This document shows positions 41,101 to 51,843 of a stretch of 64,000 bases of DNA, one piece after another. The translations under genes were made by a program, and so were the position numbers. The stretch is from Phoronis australis (lineage: Eukaryota > Animalia > Phoronida): contig NMRA01000411.1 of NCBI GenBank assembly GCA_002633005.1, positions 291,083 to 355,082 on the forward strand, read 5' to 3'. The notes beneath the pieces were generated by a model. That model had not been told where the DNA came from and searched no databases. It saw only the letters and a list, made by a program, of their open reading frames with translations. Position 1 is the first letter of the stretch; each line of letters opens with the position of its first letter.

Positions 41101-44100
41101 ACGACCTTTTAAAAATGCCAAATAAACCAAATATACGTCTAGGCATAATTTCAGAAAAGGGGGGGGGGAATATTTTCAGAAACTGTGTAATTGAAATTGT
41201 CCTTTATACAGTGTAATAAAAAACAAAGTCATATATCTTGTTAAAAGATTGTTGTTTGAGTGAAATCACGATCCCAAACTACAGCATCTTGCCAGGCCTT
41301 CATGCAGCGTACGTCCTGGGCGTCCATTTGGACGCCCTAGCACTAATGTAGACGCCCTGGCAAGGACGCCCAATGTATCATTTGGACGCCCTGTCAATCA
41401 GAATTTCTCCAGTTTGGACACCCACATTGAAAGATTACTAAGACTCCCAGTTAATCAAAGCNNNNNNNNNNNNNNNNNNNNNNNNNNNNNNNNNNNNNNN
41501 NNNNNNNNNNNNNNNNNNNNNNNNNNNNNNNNNNNNNNNNNNNNNNNNNNNNNNNNNNNNNNNNNNNNNNNNNNNNNNNNNNNNNNNNNNNNNNNNNNNN
41601 NNNNNNNNNNNNNNNNNNNNNNNNNNNNNNNNNNNNNNNNNNNNNNNNNNNNNNNNNNNNNNNNNNNNNNNNNNNNNNNNNNNNNNNNNNGCATCTTGCC
41701 AAAATAAACTGAATTTTTCATCAACACATATTACATACGTATTTCAAAACAATCCATCAGATTTTCAAATACCAAAAATACGCCCACGGGCGAACTTTTG
41801 GGTGGAAATTCTCGGTGAGAGATATGGTGTTCGGGTGGAGCATGCACTGAAGAAATGATCGGTATTTGAATTTAATCAAAAAAACGCACACTTTTCGTAG
41901 GGAACATAGGGAATGTGGAAATACCAGTACAGTGTATTTATCCCAAAATGTATCAATGCACTCTGATTACAGTGAGGAAACTAGAGGCAGTCCGTGTGTA
42001 AACGCAACCTATAATAACACGCTGTATTCCAGTGAATGTTTGTTGTAATAATGTCAAAAGTTTGAAAGAGCGAAGTCAATTGTCCACACCATTTAGCAGG
42101 AGTGAATGACGGAACAATTCAGAAACTATGCGGCACATATATAGAGTGTGCTGTAAACATACTGGATATCACAGAAAATAGTCCAGATAGTTGAAGGTTT
42201 TGTGTTAAACTTGTTAAATGGATCGCTGAATGACTGGTGAGTATGTGACCAAGACACCTGTACATGTTTCATGGGAAATCCTTAACATCCACACAAAACT
42301 GGGGCAAAGTGGAAGGGATCGTTTTCATTACACTTTTGCAATAGCGTACATATGGTGATCATTTTGGCGCAACTTCTAAGATTTGCCAGTCAGCTGTTCA
42401 GTGCCTTGTTTTTAACTTTAACCCTGATAATCATTTATTTGCCGTATGCCTTGGAATTCGGCAGAAATAAGGAGTCTTATTTCAATAAAAATAGTAAGTT
42501 TCTAATATTTTCAGTTGATATCTTAACTAACAAAAAGAAACATAGTATTGTTATTGGAATTGCTGGACAACATTGCTGCAGTAGCAGCTATCAGTTAGTG
42601 TTATATCAGTTATGTAAAAAACTGCTCGTGTTGTCATGCGTGCCATCCATGTTTTAAGCAACAGATTGTATTATTTCTTTTGGGCAAAACAATGAAAAGT
42701 CAATGAAATGTTGTCACATGCATTAATTGTCGAATGATGCCAACGACAATGACCATAATAACGATGATGGAGCAGTTACTACGGCAATTGAGAACTTTGC
42801 TCATGCTCACGCCACCTTTCTACCTACAACTTCCGTCTTGCGACCATTTATGAGTTGCGTGAGTAAACCCCACTTGACACACCGATCATTTTGCGCTGCG
42901 TCAGTGGCTTTGTGTCAAAATTAAATAACTAAATGGGACTTTTGTGAGTGGCTGTGATAATAAATATTAAAACCTCAAGCCACAGTGATGAGGATATCTT
43001 GAGCACTTAAAAATCAGACAATAGACTGAAATATAGAGAGCTGGGTTTAAAAATTCATTTATGTAAAAAAAAATAGTTTACAAGTTATGATAAAAATTGT
43101 TTCATTTAGGAAGAACTGTAATTCCTTAACTTACAAACATTTTTTCTGTTCTTAGAAGACTTACATCAAGTGCAGCAAATATTCAAATTTAACTGAATGA
43201 CGCTGGCGACACATAGTACATGTAAAAACAAACATTTTTTCTTTAAATATGTTTTTCGAGAAATTGAACAATTTGAACATCTGCTCATCTGTGATACTGT
43301 GCCCCAAACTACAAAATTCTAACCATAATGCCTAGAGGACATTTTAGCATCTACAAAGCATCAAAATGCAAAGCTGTGATAAATGTACGATAACCATAGT
43401 AACATGGATATGGATACTGGTGTCCCACTATTTACCCTCAGTCTGGAAAGAAATATTGATTTCTCGTTTCTTCAAACAATGTCCAAAATGAGTGAATAAG
43501 GAAGCCTTGAATAACATTTACGGTTTGAATAAACCAACAAATGCAAACAGACAGAAATCCAACCTTTAGATCCCTCGTATGTATGTGTGTTGCACAAGAC
43601 CTAATTGTGTAACTTCATAAAAAAATGGACGGTCACTTTATTTTGGATAAGGAAAAGTGTGAATAAACGCAAAGTGTGAGTAAACGCAAAGTGAGACAAT
43701 TCACTGGGTATGTGTGCTTGCCTATATTCAAAGCAAGATATTGTTGCACGTAAATCCATCAGCTTAAATTCAGCACAGCTTCACATCCGGACACACGGGC
43801 ATAAATGAGATGACAGATGGTAAATTGTTCTGCAAAGTATTCACCTTAAGCAAAAATATGCTCATGGACCGTTCACAATTATCGGCATTTCCACAAATGT
43901 GCAAAACACACCCTCTCCCAAGAAAGTGTATAAAATGATGATACTTTTCATAGGTCAGAGTTTTTCATAAACTGCCTACGTGAAAACTCTTCAGATTGGG
44001 ACGCAACATAACAGACAAAGGTTCATTTTTTTCAAGTTTCTGGACAAAAATAACTTTTCAGAAAATTAACTCTGCTTTTAGCATAGTATATGAGGTGTAG

Positions 44101-47100
44101 CTATTACCAAGTATCATTGGTAAATTTTGAGCATTTGCAACAATGTTGCAAGCCTAAGAAAAGTGGAGATATGGCAATTTTAGCAACTATTTTTATTCCA
44201 AACTGAAGAATTTTTACCAAAAAATGCTTTTAATTTTAATCTTGTTTTGATTTGGTAACAAAATTTAACACTAAAAGCTTTGCTCTTTTTCAGATAATTC
44301 TTAGAACAGAACCCTATAAACATTTTAGAACACAAAACCTACAAAATCTTACCTTGGGATAACGATACTTGAAAAACATTTCACCACGACCCGAGGACAA
44401 AAAACAGAATCTGGTGATGTAGGCCCATGTCTGGAAAATGAGAACAGAAAATGTGGTAACTTAGAAATATGCATAAAAATTATTCATTTATTTCGTACAA
44501 AAATGATTTTTGAAAACAGCAAGCTTCAATCATCATGTAACACTTTACAGTTGCGAATTAAAGCGACATTCTCTGCGAGAAAAATATTTTTACAGAAATT
44601 AAGTGTAGCTTAGTTTCAAACTCACAACCTCGGCAACAGTACACAAACGCTCTCCCAAATCCCAACAGGTACGCTATCCCAAATCCCAACAGGTATGCTA
44701 TCCCAAATCCCAACAGGTACGCTATCCCAAATCCCAACAGGTACGCTATCCCAAATACCAACAGGTACAGTAAATAACAAAGTATTTTAAGCACATCAAT
44801 GGCAAAGAAACTGGCATGATTTCAGCGAACACCTGACAACCACACAAATTGGAGATTTGTAATAAAATTGCAAAAACACAACATACGGTCAAAATTTATA
44901 ACTTCAAGAAGTCTAATCCATCAAACAATAATCATAAAGAACTGTTAAGTCCCTTTAAACATAACAGCGGTGTCTGCTTTGATTTTTGGTGGGCAAAAAA
45001 GTGCTTAGAGTTCACGAAAATGAAATGCAATTTCTTTGATGCTCGGACATCTTTCAATGTTTGACTTTTTTGCATGATTCACAAAAACATTGTGTTGCAA
45101 ACAGTGACATTTTGAAGGTAGCAAAGAATTCATAAAAACTGAGATCCAACAACTTAAAATCTTCATCTAAGGCACATGTAGATTGCGCTGAGTTTGTCAA
45201 TAGAAATACTCTAGTGTCACCACTACGTTGGAAAAAATAGCCACTAAGGAGATTGAAATAAGCAAACACCTGGCACCTGTTTTCACTAAAAAGTTGTAAA
45301 TGTATACAACATTTTCAGTTAGCATCATTACTTAAAAGTATTTTACTAAAAATAACAGTTGGGAGGTTTATTTGTATACAGGAAAGAAGTCAAATCTGAA
45401 TAGTTTCCATAAGTGTAAATCAGTATTATGACTTAAGTAGTTTGTTAATACTTAAGTGAAACAGACTCATAGCAGCCGCGGAGCTAAGATTGTGCCACCG
45501 AGGACAGAGTTATTCATGCTAGCAGCAGTTTCATAGTGGTGGTACATTTTTTTTGGTCGTCTCCTCTGAAGGGGCTTTATATCCTGCCCTCAGATCGATT
45601 CCTGTAAGCCCAACACACCACCAGAGCACTGAAGAGGTCATTCTAATCAATAACTGTAGTACACTAGACTTGAAAGCTCATTATTCCATGCATTCAGGTA
45701 AAAACCTTCAATTGGTTATGTGACAAAACATGAAACAGGAGGATACATTTAAATGTTTGGCCCATACTTTAAGAGAAGCATATATTAGGTCACTAAATTG
45801 ATATACATCTTTTAGAGAGGGTCACCTCAAAATCATTACCGTGAAAAGGATTATGGGTAATTACCATATATTTATAAACTTTGTTATGCATTCAGGTTTT
45901 GTCACCAAGGCATGTACTTTTTGAAATGTTAAGTAAACAACGATTTCACATCAGCACGTCTCGGATTTCGAAAGGGATTAGTCATTGGAAATATCAGGTA
46001 TCACCTGAAAATTACACAACTTGTTTGAAAGTACGACTGAAAGAGAATTTCTGTGAAAAATTATTAAATATTACTGACTCCAAAATAAAATCAAACATTT
46101 TAGACTTTTGATTCTTAAAGGAACAAAGACGCATCATAAAATTGACGAAACAAAATCGTGTGTCAGAGTCAAATAAGGTATGAAATCTTTGTACAAGAAT
46201 GTGCACAATGTAGGATTTTGTAAAACAACTATTTTGAAAGAAGTTTATGTTTTTGTTTTACTGTGAGAGTAATTAAATTGTTATCATGCACTTTCCAACT
46301 TCCAAGTAGCATATCCTTATTTTCCACATTTGACTAAAAACATTTTTGAGCATTTTTAGAAGTTACAGTGGACATTTTACGTCAGACCCAATGTCTGCTT
46401 TTCCATCCTGGTGTCTGTTTTTGTTATCAATTGTTATCAACTATGTAATTATTACATTGAAATTTAGGCTAAAATAACCAAATAAGGGCAAAAACACAAA
46501 GATGATTCTGGTCTTTACCGGATTCATCTGCACTTACCGACTAAAAAACATCCACCTGCATGAATTTTAGCCAAGGTTTTAATATTTTTTAATTTTTTTT
46601 TGAAGAGCTAAAGAAATTAGTCACTTAAACAAGGGTAAGCAAAGTTTGAAATGACATGATTTGCCAAGCGATGGTAAAAAGAAAGAAAAAACAAATACCA
46701 CATTATTTTTGTTAATCTCAGGTGGATTTTTTTTTGTAAAGGTGAGCACTTTTTGGCCACACACACGAATTAGTGTTAAAGTGGTTTTGCGTGATATCTC
46801 TCTGCTAATAAAAATCAATTCTTTGTCATTCTCATTTTACCCAAAATGTCCAACGAAAGTTTAGAAACAAGAAAATTTAAGTGTTAAGACCTCCAGCAAT
46901 AGTTCACGTGGGCCTACGGTCACGGTGGGGATGAAATGGCTTTAGCCTGAATTACTCACGAGGGCATCGGTGAACTACTTGAACGTTTACTAAACTATAG
47001 ACTATCGTAATCCACATACCTCTTTCGTTTTTATGTGTCCTGAAACTCTCTTCCCCGTGCAATCTTTGCACATCAACAGGACAAGCAGCAAGGCGAGAAC

Positions 47101-47124
47101 GAAAACATCCCGCACCATGTCCAT
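25922..47124 (-). CDS. TMEM145: Transmembrane protein 145 (GOST / GpcrRhopsn4 seven-TM family), whole gene, 12 coding exons, ~491 aa
   Basis: Exons 47020-47124, 44353-44430, 36521-36595, 34880-35065, 34211-34295, 32740-32811, 31679-31834, 30933-31105, 29882-30054, 28949-29069, 26926-26985, 25922-26113. All introns are GT-AG with compatible phases. The spliced product carries motifs recalled from vertebrate TMEM145: [82 protein letters not shown].Q. Confidence 0.96.
26926..26985 (-). CDS. TMEM145: TMEM145 coding exon 11
   Basis: TTCAG| [20 protein letters not shown] |GTAAG, phase 0-0. Confidence 0.96.
28949..29069 (-). CDS. TMEM145: TMEM145 coding exon 10
   Basis: TTTTCAG| (W)FVAMPCLVLAGHFVIPKYMREKVINGLELSLAFLGHSIFL |GTGAGT, phase 2-0. 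Confidence 0.95.
29882..30054 (-). CDS. TMEM145: TMEM145 coding exon 9
   Basis: [28 protein letters not shown]...HYPEKGKFYYPFLIVYSI(W) |GTAAG, phase 0-2. Confidence 0.96.
30620..30892. mobile_element. Degenerate DNA-transposon fragment with GGGAGTACCCCCCC...CCGGG terminus
   Basis: The right end matches the CCCGG(G)nTACTCCC terminus seen in invertebrate EnSpm/CACTA-like MITEs. No left TIR was identified, so the start is approximate. Confidence 0.4.
30933..31105 (-). CDS. TMEM145: TMEM145 coding exon 8
   Basis: TTTCAG| (G)[30 protein letters not shown]...LFIYQAN |GTGAGT, phase 1-0. Confidence 0.96.
31679..31834 (-). CDS. TMEM145: TMEM145 coding exon 7
   Basis: TTTCAG| (R)LLSNRQLFHTTFKMFMVSV...LSDLKLT |GTACGT, phase 1-1. 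Confidence 0.95.
32740..32811 (-). CDS. TMEM145: TMEM145 coding exon 6 (first TM helix)
   Basis: TTTCAG| (Y)ILQTDIAFVVIYIIIFAISVYVA |GTAAGT, phase 1-1. Confidence 0.95.
34211..34295 (-). CDS. TMEM145: TMEM145 coding exon 5
   Basis: TTTCAG| GIDLMFEMNLTNSDESDHYFHHFSADEF +1 nt |GTAAGT. Confidence 0.95.
34880..35065 (-). CDS. TMEM145: TMEM145 coding exon 4
   Basis: TTTCAG| NCSQKVSMFDPTNNQVIKLTENQRWSGC...GGRIFRSSRERWWYLAVSNCGNPQ |GTACCT. A phase 0 end is required by the next exon. Confidence 0.92.
36521..36595 (-). CDS. TMEM145: TMEM145 coding exon 3
   Basis: TTCAG| [31 protein letters not shown], phase 0-0. Confidence 0.95.
36640..37111. mobile_element. Degenerate MITE ending TTTTATGAAATGGGCCCCAG (PIF/Harbinger-like terminus)
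   Basis: Terminal GGGCCCATTTCATAAAA motif plus multiple internal TAAGACC/GGTCTTA subrepeats in both orientations. The left end is eroded. Confidence 0.5.
37171..37403. mobile_element. Degenerate MITE with imperfect TIRs
   Basis: GTCCGTTACAACAAACTGACTT ... AAGTCAGAGTTTTCTTGGAACAGAC, with internal CTTAAG/TTAAGA subrepeats. Confidence 0.4.
40554..40770 (+). repeat. Dispersed repeat fragment, same family as 43980-44190
   Basis: Colinear similarity GTGAAAA.TCTTCAG.TTGGGAC ... TAACTTTTCAGAAAATT.ACT.TGCTTTTAGCAT ... GGTAAA(A)TTTTGAGCATTT ... ATATGGCAATTTTA. Confidence 0.8.
41293..41691. mobile_element. hAT-type MITE spanning the 229-N gap (41462-41690)
   Basis: Starts CAGGCC and has repeated GGACGCCC subterminal motifs. 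An 8 bp duplication CATCTTGC lies at 41285-41292 and 41692-41699. Confidence 0.7.
43980..44190 (+). repeat. Dispersed repeat fragment, same family as 40554-40770
   Basis: See the partner copy. A shorter related piece occurs near 6080-6140. Confidence 0.8.
44353..44430 (-). CDS. TMEM145: TMEM145 coding exon 2
   Basis: TTCCAG| TWAYITRFCFLSSGRGEMFFKYRYPK |GTAAG, phase 0-0. Confidence 0.95.
44558..44958. mobile_element. TTAA-flanked Kolobok-like MITE, copy B (contains a minisatellite)
   Basis: TTAA-AGCGACATT...GAGAAAAA start and ...GTCCCT-TTAA end. Shares AATTGGAgATTTGTAATAAAATTgCAAAAACAC and ATAACTTCA with copy A. Confidence 0.65.
44647..44768. repeat. 24 bp minisatellite, 5 copies
   Basis: Unit ACGCTATCCCAAATCCCAACAGGT. 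Confidence 0.95.
47020..47124 (-). CDS. TMEM145: TMEM145 coding exon 1 (signal peptide)
   Basis: MDMVRDVFVLALLLVLLMCKDCTGKRVSGHIKTKE then GAG|GTATGT donor. The start could be the second ATG at 47118. Confidence 0.9.
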
Positions 47125-48596
47125 CCCTCGGACTCAATCTGTCAACTGCACATAGTAGTAAATCGCGTATGTTGTGAAACCTTTCAATGATTTGTCAGGG
47201 GCTCTGAAAGGGTTTAGCTGACATGCGACGGTCATGTGAAAAGACTGCCTTTCGGGCTGCAAACGCGGCTCACAGGATCTTTCAACGGTAACGTCGATCT
47301 CGAATGCTTTGGTGTATTCAGGCGGTATTGTTTTGGGTACTGTAAACTATTATTGATCTCGGAAATGTGACTTGCTTTCAATAATATTGATTCGCGGCTT
47401 TTTGAGTAGGATTACACGTCTAAGGCCTCGAACTGTACGTATTTGCCAGCGGGGTTGTTGACGGCGGTGAGGGAAAAGAACTTCAGTGCTTCTGACTACT
47501 CTGTTTAGCACCAAAAATATATACCAACCACACCGCCGACAAGAGGCAGGACTGACGGTGTTATTTTTACATACCTCATCGGTTTTGACGTAATTAAACA
47601 TTGTCTTATCATTTCGGAAATAATAGCAATTGGAGATCAATGAAAAGCAGTCTCTGGCAGAGTCTTGTCCTTAGTTTCCTAACCTTCAAAAAGCTTTCAA
47701 TTCCTCCGACTTCTGTGTTTCTGTAGAGCTAAGACAACCAGTTGCTGTCAGCATTACAGTGTTCAAACTAACTTAACTACAAAAACGTAAATTTCAGAAT
47801 AAATTTAAAACCGCAGTTTACCCTGTTTAGGTGGCTAAAAATCGAAAATCGAATAAGAGCTTGTTCTCTCGTAAAATCGGTCTCGTAATGCCGTAGTAGG
47901 ATTCTATTTGTCTAATCAACTCAAAGAGGCAATGCGTGCAAGCACCATGGCGAATGCGCAATTAGTGAAAATTGTCCGACCCTATTCTGAAGCGTTTTCT
48001 TGGAGTGCTGATGTTTTTTTACGTTCTTGTTGATAACGGAAATAGAATCATATAAATGTAATGAATATTATGACACGGATTTAATGAGAATAACAGACAT
48101 TTGAGAATTCAATTTTCGTTTTGTATCCAGGGAAACAGTGTAATGCAACTTTAAAATTCCTTTATGGTGACGATATCAAGATAGTATTTTGTCTGACTCG
48201 TTTTTGAACTTCATGAAAATTAAATGCCTTCAATCTCAAATTCATTCTTCTATCTCGGAACCTTTATCGGTTGATACCAAAATGGTTCCCTAATGTTAAC
48301 GAAGCCAACGTAGCGAGACATTTTGAGTTTCATTTCGTCCCTGCTAGAAGCCTCTTTAACTGTGAGAGGAAAACCGTTGAAAAGATCGTCTCTGTTGACG
48401 TTTGCGATCAGATTGTTTTGAAAAAGGATTTCAAGACTTCAAGGCCAGAGTTACACAGCTCATGGGTTACAAATCCATTGTGTGGACGTGTTTGACATTA
48501 ACAGACCTCTCTTCATTAATTACATGCATTTTACCAATTCCATATAGGCCTACTGTCAGATTTTCACCATGCTGCTGTTGTTGGCGATAAACATAG

Positions 48597-48672
48597 TTAT
48601 ATACATATACATATACATATACATGTGCATATGCATATATTTGCACATGTATATGAACATATATATCTATAG
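48597..48672. repeat. Degenerate (ATATAC)n microsatellite
   Basis: ATACATATACATATACATATACATGTGCATATGCATATAT... Confidence 0.85.
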
Positions 48673-50386
48673 TGACACGCATATTTTGAATTCGTTTTAA
48701 TCATTTAAATTATCGTTTGACGACTCGTTTTGAAACATGGACTAAAAGAAAAAGAATGCCCTCACGCATCAATTTCACCCCATGTCGTTTTTGAAAATCT
48801 ACACATGTAGGGTGAGCAAGGGTTGAAATATCATGATTTGTCAAAAAACGAACGAATTCCGTATCATTGTGGATCGTCTCAGGCGGATTGACTTTTTTTT
48901 TGAAAAAGTCCGCAGATCATGAACTAAGAATACCGCACCACCGACACTATTTTCATAAAAACACAGACCAGAACCAGCAATGGTGCTTTTTGGTCTAAAT
49001 TAAAATCATTCAGATTCGTTACCATGGTAATTACCACAGGAATCAGTAGAGTTGGCCAACCTAAGTAACTTCTTGAATCGTTGATGGCTTACATGTTCGT
49101 GCTGGTAACATAACTGGAATCCTATCACGGAAAGAAATATTCTAAGACCTGACTCGATTTGTTTGACTATTGGGGTTGCAAACTGGGACACTCGAACTTT
49201 CCAAAAGACGGCTAAAAGCAAACACGTTGCTGTTGAGGTTTACCCCATGCTCCAGTGTCGGCGTTCGTAAATAATCATGTTGACAAGATTCCGAAGAGAA
49301 AGACCTGTATTGCCATCTATCGGCTATCAGCCTCACGTATACTTTTTGTATTGTTTCAGTTCCACGCCCGTCCACACGAGTACCCTGGCTAAAGAGATGA
49401 AAACAAAACTTCTTTTACGTTTACAAGTGCGTTTACTTGATTGCATCGTAAACGTTTTCGAAACGTTGTCAGCGTTTGCAGTAAAACCGGTGCTTTTGGT
49501 TGTCGTTTGTACTCAGTACGTGTGGACGAAAGGCACTAGGCTGATGCCTTTCTTACAATGTCTTGAGGACGAAGCAACTGTTGCTGTCATCGCAAATACA
49601 TTTTTACACTCAATCACAGTGCTAAACGAAAGTATAGGTGGCGCTGTGTCAGAGGGTAATACATTTTCTGATACATTTTTTCGAGTTTACTTTATTTTTC
49701 GATCCGTGTATTGTATTTTTCCTTGGGCACGACACTGTCGTTTTCGAAATTGTGTGGCTTTCGCGCAGACTACCTAAGTACAGCTGTAAAAACGGCATTT
49801 TAAGAAATGCATCTTTGTTAGTCACAACTTTTCCTTTGCGTCTTCAAAAAGATTCCGTCTAAGACTGAGTCTTTTAAACACGTCATTAGTGTTTCATAGA
49901 TGAAAAGTTCGGTCCTGGTCGCCTGCACCGGCGAAAACTACTGTACTTTCAAAGAACATTGTTTGCTGTTCGCCTATACTATTGCGTTTCTTCTAGCAAT
50001 TTCGCCAGTAAGAAAAACGCTGGTTGGACCCATAGACCTGGACCACTCACCGATCCAAAGCTGCTGACGTTTTCGCTAACACTTTTGTTGCCGGACTATT
50101 TCGGCCACGGTGGTGAGGAACAGACAACCGGCAAATTCACACTTTCGCGGACAGCTCGGCTCTGGGCAGTGTCAAATGGCTAGAACTTTCGCGCCAACGC
50201 TGCGGTTTGTGAAGCTATCAACGGTTAAGTCCTCGCTGGTTCCCTGCGTGCCGCTAATTAGTAGCGGTAAAGTCATGCAAGCATTGTGATGATACTTGCA
50301 CGACCTTAGCGTTTTCGACAGATGAATTAATGCGTTAGTCGTCATCATACGAGTACCTTGAAAATGACATTTTCAAGAATGCCACT

Positions 50387-50824
50387 CAGTGGCCGGTTGC
50401 ATGAAACAGTCCCAAACAGGGACTTAACTAGTAAGTTCCCTAAATCTACTGCGTATTTTTGGACTTGTGAAAACCTCGATTGCTCTTTCTTTTATTGGTT
50501 TAGGTCCACTACTAATTCAACTTTTGACTTTTATACAAATTGAGAATTAACTTTACGTGTAATTGTCAATATTATCGAAAATAGTTAGGGATCTTTTCAT
50601 GCAACACACCCAATTTAGGGACTAAGCCCCTATTTATTTTCAACGAATTATGGGCTCAGTTTTTAATTATATTATTAGGAAATGTCATTAATCAAAGAGG
50701 AACTCATAATAAAGATGAAATGATAGAAATATTTTGCACCTGTGAGTCCATGAAGATACAAATACGCAAAAATACTTAGGGAACTGAGTCCCTATTTGGA
50801 ACTGTTTCATGCAACCGGGCACTG
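50387..50824. mobile_element. MITE with ~38 bp TIRs, copy 1
   Basis: CAGTGGCCGGTTGCATGAAACAGTCCCAAACAGGGACT ... AGTCCCTATTTGGAACTGTTTCATGCAACCGGGCACTG (3 mismatches). Confidence 0.85.
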
Positions 50825-51189
50825 GAGAGCCCTATTCAAAAAGTTCAGTGCGTTTTGGCGCTGGAGACCGGGATGGCCCTCACGTGCGGACGCCACTGAA
50901 CTGAAGCGATTCTGCTGTGCTCTACGCTGCAGGTGGCCATCCATGGTCTATTCAGCTAACTGAACAGTAGAGGCATAAAAAAAAAACACAGAAAACACCG
51001 CAGTAAACTGGGTAGAGTTCAGTAACGCTAGGACCTCGCTAATCGAATCAAAATCACGGCAATAAAGCGTTACTCAGTTCCTTGAACAAAACAAACTATG
51101 ATAAAAAACATCATTTCAGATTTAGACTAAATGTACATATCTTCAACAAATTAGCAATTGTTAGAACTTGGGAGAGGCCGGGAGATGGG

Positions 51190-51377
51190 CCGGTGTAGCA
51201 TTAAATAATGATCCCGTGAAAAAATGACCCGTGGGTCATTTTTCACTATTAAAAATGAATTGGGGTAGTTTTTTGACGGGGCCTAAATTCAATGTGGAAA
51301 ATTTTCAACCCATGCAAATATGACCCCACGTCCGTAAAAACTACTCACGGGGTTATTATTTAACGCGTCACACCCCC
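51190..51377. mobile_element. Small foldback MITE-like element
   Basis: GGTGTAGCATTAAATAATGATCCCGTGA ... TCACGGGGTTATTATTTAACGCGTCACACC imperfect TIRs, with internal AAAATGACCC/GGGTCATTTT subrepeats. Confidence 0.65.
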
Positions 51378-51399
51378 CCGCAAGTTGCTGGCCCCTGAG

Positions 51400-51797
51400 C
51401 CAGCAATGACTCACGGCTGCTCTGCGCTATAAATAACTCTTTGATCAATGACGTCATATTCACAGGTGGCCGGCGAAAAATTCAATGATCTTCACTATTA
51501 TGAAAGTCATAAAGTTAATTTCTAATATTTTGAGCTATGTCCATGGTTACTTAAGTAACTATGCCCATTACCCAATTCAATCAAAAAGTGCATTCGTGCA
51601 TTTTTGAAAATATTTACTTGCCGTGTGATGGTTACTCACCTTTAGTCACGTGAGTTTGCCGATGACTCAAAAATTCCGTTCTTTGTCGGTCATGTCCGGA
51701 AATAGGGTAAAGTGGCGATTGATGTGTGTTGAGAAACTGCGAACTGCCTCAAGATCTCAGCTAATTCTTCGAAGTATTCACTGACTGTTGAGTTAAA
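51400..51797 (+). promoter_or_regulatory. Putative promoter/5' UTR region of the lachesin-like gene
   Basis: TGACTCA 51407 and 51663, CTATAAATAA 51427, TGACGTCA 51449 and TCACGTGA 51646, all within 400 bp upstream of the ATG. Confidence 0.45.
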
Positions 51798-51843
51798 ATG
51801 TACTCTGTCATCGGTGTCGTGCTGTGCAGCATATTTGCTTCAG
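51798..51843 (+). CDS. Lachesin-like exon 1 (signal peptide)
   Basis: AAAATG context, MYSVIGVVLCSIFAS +G |GTAAAG; phase 1 fits the next exon. Confidence 0.85.

Noticed and set aside
41414-41727. ORFs spanning the N gap
   Set aside because: Artefacts of translating Ns.
44558-44794. ORF with (LLGFGIAY)n hydrophobic repeats as a membrane peptide
   Set aside because: It is just the translation of the 24 bp minisatellite within a MITE, with a non-ATG start.
47935-48012. REST/RE1-like half-sites (AGCACCATGG, GTGCTGA) upstream of TMEM145
   Set aside because: The GGACAG right half is missing; the match is too weak to call without a PWM scan.
49277-49777. Longest ORF in the window (166 aa)
   Set aside because: No recognisable domain, composition typical of non-coding DNA, and no convincing splice context.
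50842-50902. AGTTCAGTG/CACTGAACT inverted repeat
   Set aside because: A 9-12 bp stem with a long loop next to a MITE end is plausibly chance or TE debris.
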